Positions 52,240 to 60,000 of a DNA stretch of 60,000 nucleotides are shown here, piece after piece; position 1 is the first letter of the stretch; the number at the start of each line of letters is the position of its first letter. The position numbers and the translations under genes were made by a program. The DNA is taken from contig NC_087251.1 of NCBI RefSeq assembly GCF_037042905.1, positions 34,908,001 to 34,968,000 of the forward strand, given 5' to 3'. The notes beneath the pieces were generated by a model that did no database searches, was not told where the DNA came from, and saw only the letters and a list, made by a program, of their open reading frames with translations. The stretch is from Lytechinus pictus. Its lineage: Eukaryota.

Positions 52240-52763
52240 TACTACTACTACTACTACTACTACTTCTATTTTGCCACTCGAAATAAAAAAAAATCATCTT
52301 TGTATTCCAAATTTTCACAAATTTCCAGTGAAGTGTGCACCACATATCTTGCTTTTTTTTTTACTTTAAAAGCAAAATCATCTTCGTGGTAATTGTTTTG
52401 CTCTTGTGAAAGACATTCTGCGAACGACCATCTGAATGATATCTTTGTGATGTTTATACTTATTTTTACACTTTACCTGCCCGGTTGAAAATAATTCCAG
52501 TAGAAATCCTTTGCAGGGATTATTATTGAGCGTCGTTTTCTCCCCCATCTCTCTAAAAGTGAGTTTTCACTCACCATTTCACCCCAATTGGTTGTGACCG
52601 ACTTTAAGGGTCACTCGATTTGGAGTGACCTTAGAGTAAATGTATACGAATATTTCAACAAAAATCACTTTAAAAAGGGTAAAATTTACTCAATATCAAG
52701 TCAGTGAAATTTATTCACTCCCCCGAAGAGTGAATTATTCGCTCGAAGTTTTTAGAAAGGAGC

Positions 52764-53033
52764 AATGGCGTAATGAGTCAGAAATTTAGAGGGAGCCAGA
52801 ATAGGCAAGATTGAGCTAAAGTTATATGCGAGTGAGTGAATTTGACATTTTAATATAGAAATGTAATTTTTTAGATAGAATTAAACGTAATATTAAGAAA
52901 ATAATTTAATATTTCACTCCCATTCCTTACATTTCTTTTCTCTCTTTTTTGTTCTTGGTCGTGAAATAATCATTTTGTTGGAAAGGGGGGGGGGGTGTAT
53001 TGTCCCAAGCCCCCCCCCATCTGTACCCCAGTG
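52764..53033 (+). mobile_element. Another copy of the GCGAGC dispersed repeat family
   Basis: aatggcgtaatgagtcagaaatttagagggagccaga ... gcgagtgagtg ... atatttcac ... ggggggg..cccaagcccccccc atctgtaccccagtg. Confidence 0.6.
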
Positions 53034-53494
53034 GAGAGTAGTACACCAGTATCAAAGCTGTATTATACTATGAATTCAGTCGAGGAGTAGTTAATAGTTA
53101 TAGCGCGTAAAATCAAGGTCTCAACCTCAGGAAGCAGTCTGAGGAAGTTTTTCTCCCACCGATAAGGATCGAAACTCAGAGCCACCCTTCATCCCGATAA
53201 TCATCCGCCATGCCCCAATCGATTTCCCCCTCTTACTCCTGATTGTATAGGAGTTAACATGTGGAGAGAGGACAGGGAGGAACGGGGAAGGGCAGAAAGA
53301 CAGTGAAATATAGGCCTAAATGTGTGGGGGTAAAGCCAATGGGGGAGGGTTTGTGGAAAGTCTCTAGCCAAAGGGGATTTTAAGGGTAGGGGCGCGATTT
53401 TTTTTCCGGAAAATTGAGGCGCTGTGGAGCATGAATTACTCATAAGTTGAACTGAGAAACTTGAGTGCGCAATCGCGTGGACTTAAATGTGGGC

Positions 53495-54500
<1,006 letters not shown>

Positions 54501-54646
54501 ATGTCTACACTCATAAAATGGATTGGTTAAAATAATCAAGTGAATATGTGTCAGACGGACGATTAAAATACAATAAAGAACAACTAAAACGAAAAAAAAC
54601 CCCATTTCAATCGGCACTCCGCGCTGCTCGCATTAATTATTGCTTA

Positions 54647-54812
54647 TACCTTGGTCACATTTGATCTATACGGCGGCCGTACGGCGAGTCGATAACAGCC
54701 GTTTTATTCATTTTTATTCAAACCACCTATACGTAGCTGGTACAAAAAAAAAATTAAAACGGCTGTTTTCGACTCGCCGTACGGCCGCCGTAGAGCAAAT
54801 GTGACCAAGCTA
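54647..54812. mobile_element. 166-bp fold-back PIF/Harbinger-like MITE
   Basis: TTA|TACCTTGGTCACATTTG..TACGGCGGCCGTACGGCGAGTCGA.AACAGCCGTTTTA ... TAAAACGGCTGTT.TCGACTCGCCGTACGGCCGCCGTA..CAAATGTGACCAAGCTA|TTA; ~60-bp arms and a TTA duplication. Confidence 0.9.
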
Positions 54813-56863
54813 TTAGTGAAATATACATCCCGTCAAAAAAAAAAAATCTTGAAAAAATTATGATTATAAAACATGTTTGAAATGATCTGTTTTCATTTCG
54901 GAATAAATATACACAATTCTCAGCTCGCGCTCCCATTATTTGATCGGCGATGATATGCATCTCCTTCATGAGTTACTGCAAACCGTCCTAACTGTTCACA
55001 TTTATGTCAAAATATTCGCGCTTCACTTCATGCTCGATTGATTACAAAATAATGGGGTTGTTTTTTTAGTTCCAAATACATGAAATATCCCAAAGATTTA
55101 GCTCTAGCCTCTCACTCGCATTTTACATTTCGGCCTCGTGTGATAACCTTCTTTTGTTTGTAAAAATAAAGTTAAAATGAACTTGAACATCAATTTTAGG
55201 ACCCCCTATATTTAAATGATTATGTGGCAATACAATCCAAAAGATTATCAGAGAACAATCATTTTCACTTTCAACGGAACTTGGACTTCCCTATATTCTG
55301 ATCTGATAGAGTAAGGTTAGTAAGCATTTCCTGACAGATAAACAAATATTGTGATTGCATTTAAATCATGCTATAAACGTTGAGCTAATTCATTATACGC
55401 CTCGGTGATTTCAGAAGGGCATCAACACTGTATTAACTACTGTTTAAAGTGTGCAATTATGATTTTTTTTAAATTCCAATGAATCCATTCACCTCGACCC
55501 TTCCATTTTCTACATTTATACAATCATTTCTGAATTAATGATGCATCATTTCTGTATAATTAGCATTTACACTTTATGTTTCTTATTCATGTATTTTCAA
55601 ACGTCTTCAATCATGTAATGCATGTTTTTAATATGTAATCCCAAAAAAAATTCCTCGTGGATGTAATAAATTGAATGTATTTATCTTCTTGTCTTTTAAT
55701 CTATTTATTGTTCTATCAATTTATTTAATCATCGGGACATAAGCCTCCCCCCGACAAAACATCAATTTTGGAATGTAAGAAGGTAGCTTGAAAAATACAT
55801 CACATGATATCCAAAGTGGAGAGGATGAATTTATTCTCTACTGTCAAGAAACACACAAAACAGGAGGAAATCCTTTTAGAATGTGTATGCTCAATATTTG
55901 TAATTCATAATTCCCTTATAATTCCCCCTTACCATACACCATGTACACCTTATGTATAAGGTCTCTTTCCCGATGGTTGAGTAATATGGAATGGATAATA
56001 ATACAACTAAAACGAACAACAATAATAATCTACTTTTTGCATTGTTTATGGTATAAAAGATTAACCTCATAAAATTAACTCCAGCAATTTGAAGGATTTA
56101 AAAAAGTAATTGGGGGTAAAAACAGTATTTTTCTACAATAAACATTGTGCATGATAAAATTCTAGTTTTAAAAAAATGTATGAAAGCTGCAGTATTTTAA
56201 TAAAAACTCCAGTATGGAATACTTAAAAAGGAACAGTGGATACCTTTGCAAGAAAAACACAATGATTCAAAAGTGAGAGTAATATGATTCATATGATTGC
56301 ACATAATTTCATTTATTCTTGATCATAATATAAACATCACCTATCATAACTAATAATGATGAAGATCTTGTACATTCATATCTGCATTCTTTCCATATTC
56401 TTCAAATAAAAGAAAAAATATATAAATTCAGTTATTCAAAGACACTGTATGCACTAATTTCAAGTAATGGGCAGTTGAATGTAATATACTTCATTCATTA
56501 TATCATAAGTAAACAGTTAAACAAAATAACAATTTAGATGTGGATTGGAACGGCAGAGCTGGATTCCAGTTTGAATTTTACAATATAAGTACATTCCTTT
56601 CTTCTTAAAAGACAATGTAGGAATGCAATTAAAAAGGGAAACCTATTATCTTCATGTCACTACAATATAAAACATTGACTGACATCAGCAATCCAGTGGA
56701 AAATGATGCATTTTCATTTTTGTTGAATCTTGTAGGTTAGGATTCAAAGTTTGATAACCGAGACAGATGTATACGCAAGGCAAGGTTTATGAGAACAAGT
56801 AAACCTAAGTCGATCTTCCACAAGTCACATATTTGCCTAAGTCAAAGCATTATATTAGATCAG

Positions 56864-57134
56864 GGCTCTGTCTTCAAAGAGTTACGATTGATCCGATCAA
56901 CCTCAACTATATGGAAATCCATCAATGCCATATTTTTTTCTACAGGAAATTTGCTCAATATCATTTGTAAGCAACGAGAAGCACACTGAATTTTCAAGAA
57001 AACAATGAATGTATGAATATACATATTACATGTGGAAAATATTTTGAACAAAAATGAATTTCAGATGTTGACGTTGATGGCTTTCCATAGCTGTGGTTGA
57101 TCGGATCAATTGCAACTCTTTGTAAGACGGGGCC
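56864..57134. mobile_element. CAG-flanked (CWG TSD, Harbinger-like) MITE with ~60-bp TIRs
   Basis: cag|ggctctgtcttcaaagagttacgattgatccgatcaacc..tatggaaatccatcaa ... ttgatggctttccatag..ggttgatcggatcaattgcaactctttgtaagacggggcc|cag. Confidence 0.85.
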
Positions 57135-57379
57135 CAGGTAATGCAAATCAGTTGTTATATACCGCTTCTAAGTCTAATTTCTCCCAAGTCAATAGATTTC
57201 TGAAGTCCCAAAAGAACTGGGTTATATTGCAAACAGATTGAAGATATACAGAGCTCTAAATGTATTACATTTCTTTTATTTATAAAGTTATGCCTTTATA
57301 TTTTTTGTGTAATTCATGCTTTATTGATCCAGAGTAGACATAACAAAACATTTATAACGGGATCACATAGTAAGATTAA

Positions 57380-57833
57380 AGGAAAATGAAACCCTTGAAA
57401 CAAGATAGCTTGTGCAAAAACAGATAAACAAAAGTTTGAGAAAAATTGAATGAATAGTAAGAAAGTTATGAGCATTTGAAGTTTAGATCATTATTGTAAT
57501 GTAGATCCTACCATTGGCAATGCAACAAAGATGTGTGATGTCACATGTGAACAACTTTCTCGTTACTTTTCTATATATTTCACTTAAAATGCCTCTTATC
57601 ACATCTATCAGTAGATAGTATTTCGTAGTTCATCAAAGGGAAAGTTAACATGTGACATCACAAATATTTGTCGCATTGCCAATGTCAGGATCTCCATAGC
57701 ATTAGTGATCGCAATATTCAAATGCTCAGAACTTTCTCATTATTTGTCTGATTTTTCTCAAACTAGCTTTGATCTCATTCTTTGATTTTTCTGTTTCCAC
57801 AGAAGCCAACCTGTTCCAAAGGTTTCATTCCCT
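57380..57833. mobile_element. TTAA-flanked palindromic MITE (Kolobok/T2-like, second family)
   Basis: ttaa|aggaaaatgaaacc ... ggtttcattccct|taaa; inner arms gatcctaccattggcaatgcaacaaagatgtgtgatgtcacatgt / acatgtgacatcacaaatatttgtcgcattgccaatgtcaggatc. Confidence 0.85.
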
Positions 57834-59218
57834 TAAAATGCCTTTATCACAAACCAATCTGTCAAAGTGAATGTTTACCAATGACCACTTTCACATACTT
57901 TGAGAATTACTATTTTTATATTCCAACGTTTACAATTTCAGACAATCAATATGCTAAATACCTCATTACATATCATAAACAATCTAGGACCTCAACTATG
58001 GTTGGAATACCATTTGTAAATTAAACATACCTTTCCTCCTTCAATTATAACACCATCTCTACAAGATATTCTAAGCATTTCATATCATTTATCAAATTTT
58101 GGCTACTGATGTCCAGTATGCTATATCAAATCATATAAAAATAAACTCTTCAAGCTACTGTACACTATTGTTTAACATGCTAATAAAAATAGAGCTTTTT
58201 ATGAACACTCTCTCAATATTCCAACTTCTTGAAAAGTAAATCAGACGGAAAGAAAGAGGCAATTGAGAATACCAAACTGTAAGAGGCTATATAAAGCTGG
58301 GTCAAATGTACCACAGTGTGAGGAGGTTAATTTGTGCATTTCATAATACATGCGAGTAAGTTATTATGGGATCCTTTCGTGTTACTCCTGAGAGAGAGAT
58401 TGGTCGACCACGTAGTAATCAACACCAGGCAGTGTTGCTCTTTCAAAGCAGAGCTGCAAACTTAAATATGCACCTCTCGGGGAGACTTTACCGAGGAAGA
58501 AGGGAGATCTTTCTCCATTTCACATATTCTAATGAAAGAAAGCAATGTACGAATCAATGAGATGTTGAAAATTTGCAGTTTGTACTAAACAAAAATCAGT
58601 TAATTTTCAGGAAGTCTCCATGACAATCAGGGAGGCGTGGTAGCCCTATCAAAGTGATTACAAACCTCATTTAAATACAATTTTTCCTGGGATCTTGCTT
58701 GTAGTTCTAATAATCAATCCCTATTTTTCCCTGCGCTTGGGATTCATTGTTCAGTTAAAAATGTCTTTCATTCGTCAATTCTCACTCGGGCATCTCATGA
58801 CAATCAATGTTGATGAAGCATGTATTGTGAAATGTATGATAATCTCCCAATTATTATAATGCACTCTTGAATGGTGTGAAATACACATGGACCAATTTCA
58901 AAATAATGAAGAAAATGACATCCATGATCATTCCCTTCACACAGGGTTTGCAAGTCAATTTTCATTGGATGTTTATTATTATTATTCCAATTTGTAATCT
59001 ACTACCATATCCTACTCCAATTACCTGTTAATCCCATTCTTGTTAGTACATCTAAACTTTATAATTTCTTCCCCAAAGTCAGCAGCGTATAGGTTTCTGC
59101 AATGGTCTTTACTTCATGACCTGCCCCTCCCTTTTTTACTGATTGACTAATAACATGTCTAGTAACACAATGTGCTCCTACATTGAAATAAAATACCCTT
59201 TTTGCTAAGAATGTGTGT

Positions 59219-59493
59219 GGGTGCGTCGTGGTGTAGTGGTTCTGACTCGCCTTTCTAACAGAGGGTCGTGGGTCCGAATCCTACCATGGTGTGTTTTCCT
59301 TCAGCAAGAAATTTATCCACACTGTGCTGCACTCGACCCAGGTGAGGTAAATGGGTACCGGCAGGAAGTAATTCCTCAAAAAGCTGTGCGCACCAGAATC
59401 GGTAGACTAGCTTAGCCATGGTAATATAGGAGTGCCTTGAGCACCTAGCAAGGTGGATACGTGCGCTATACAAATCCTATATTATTTATTATT
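59219..59493 (+). mobile_element. Full-length tRNA-derived SINE
   Basis: A box gtggtgtagtgg, B box ggtccgaatcc, core cccaggtgaggtaaatgggtaccgg, 3' ccttgagcacctagc..gcgctatacaaatcc and (att)n tail; homologous to 37873-38143. Confidence 0.9.
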
Positions 59494-60000
59494 TAGAATA
59501 AATAGAAGTACATTTCTGCACTGAAGTGAAAAGGACAATACAATTCTTATTCATCTGCCTAAGTTTTTGACATTCAGGACAATTTGCTATAATTTTTCTG
59601 AAGGAAATTTTTTTATTATATAATGAGCAGCATTCTTGGAATAGATTAGAAGTTCAACTGAATTATAATTATTTACAAATGCATATCAAGAATTTTTTTT
59701 TCCATGTAATGATATAATATTTTTGAACCATGAAATCTACTCATCTTTGAAATAAATAACAAGAAGTGTAAATAAAGGGCTATAAAAGTCAGGCTTATTG
59801 CTAAATATCCTAACAAATCTCAGACCTTCACAAAATCAAACATCAGACTATTATCATTCCTTGATACTCTGCCATATTCAGAATGTTAAAACAAACATTG
59901 CCGTTCAGACAATACTGCAAGTTTGCTTAAGGTTGACCCAACATACATCCATGCAAGATGAGTTTAATCCACTCTTGTGTGTGTGTTAAATACTTTTTTT

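Overview
AT-rich eukaryotic (animal) genomic DNA. The repeat families and the protein suggest an invertebrate deuterostome such as a sea urchin; that is inference, not a database match. The only recognisable gene is the 3' end of a NOVA/Pasilla-family KH-domain splicing regulator on the + strand. It consists of at least 12 kb of its last intron (1-12079), one large terminal coding exon (12080-13261: KH2, a poly-Ala/Ser/Pro linker, KH3) and a putative ~10 kb, nearly transposon-free, U-rich 3'UTR ending near AATAAA at 23491. From ~23.9 kb on the window is intergenic and full of non-autonomous DNA transposons (PIF/Harbinger-like, TTAA/Kolobok-like, Tc1/mariner-like, CACT...AGTG elements), three tRNA-derived SINE copies, a decayed Gypsy integrase, a 22-bp minisatellite and long microsatellites. 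The most interesting hypothesis is a NOVA autoregulatory architecture. A frame-preserving 15-nt (or 6-nt) candidate microexon at 4214-4228 has YCAY motifs in its polypyrimidine tract and lies in the same intron position as the autoregulated alternative exon of vertebrate NOVA1. There are also further YCAY-flanked cryptic or poison acceptors, and YCAY clusters and neural miRNA seeds in the 3'UTR. All regulatory claims are by-eye predictions that need RNA data. Nearly all other ORFs in the track are repeat-derived or random.
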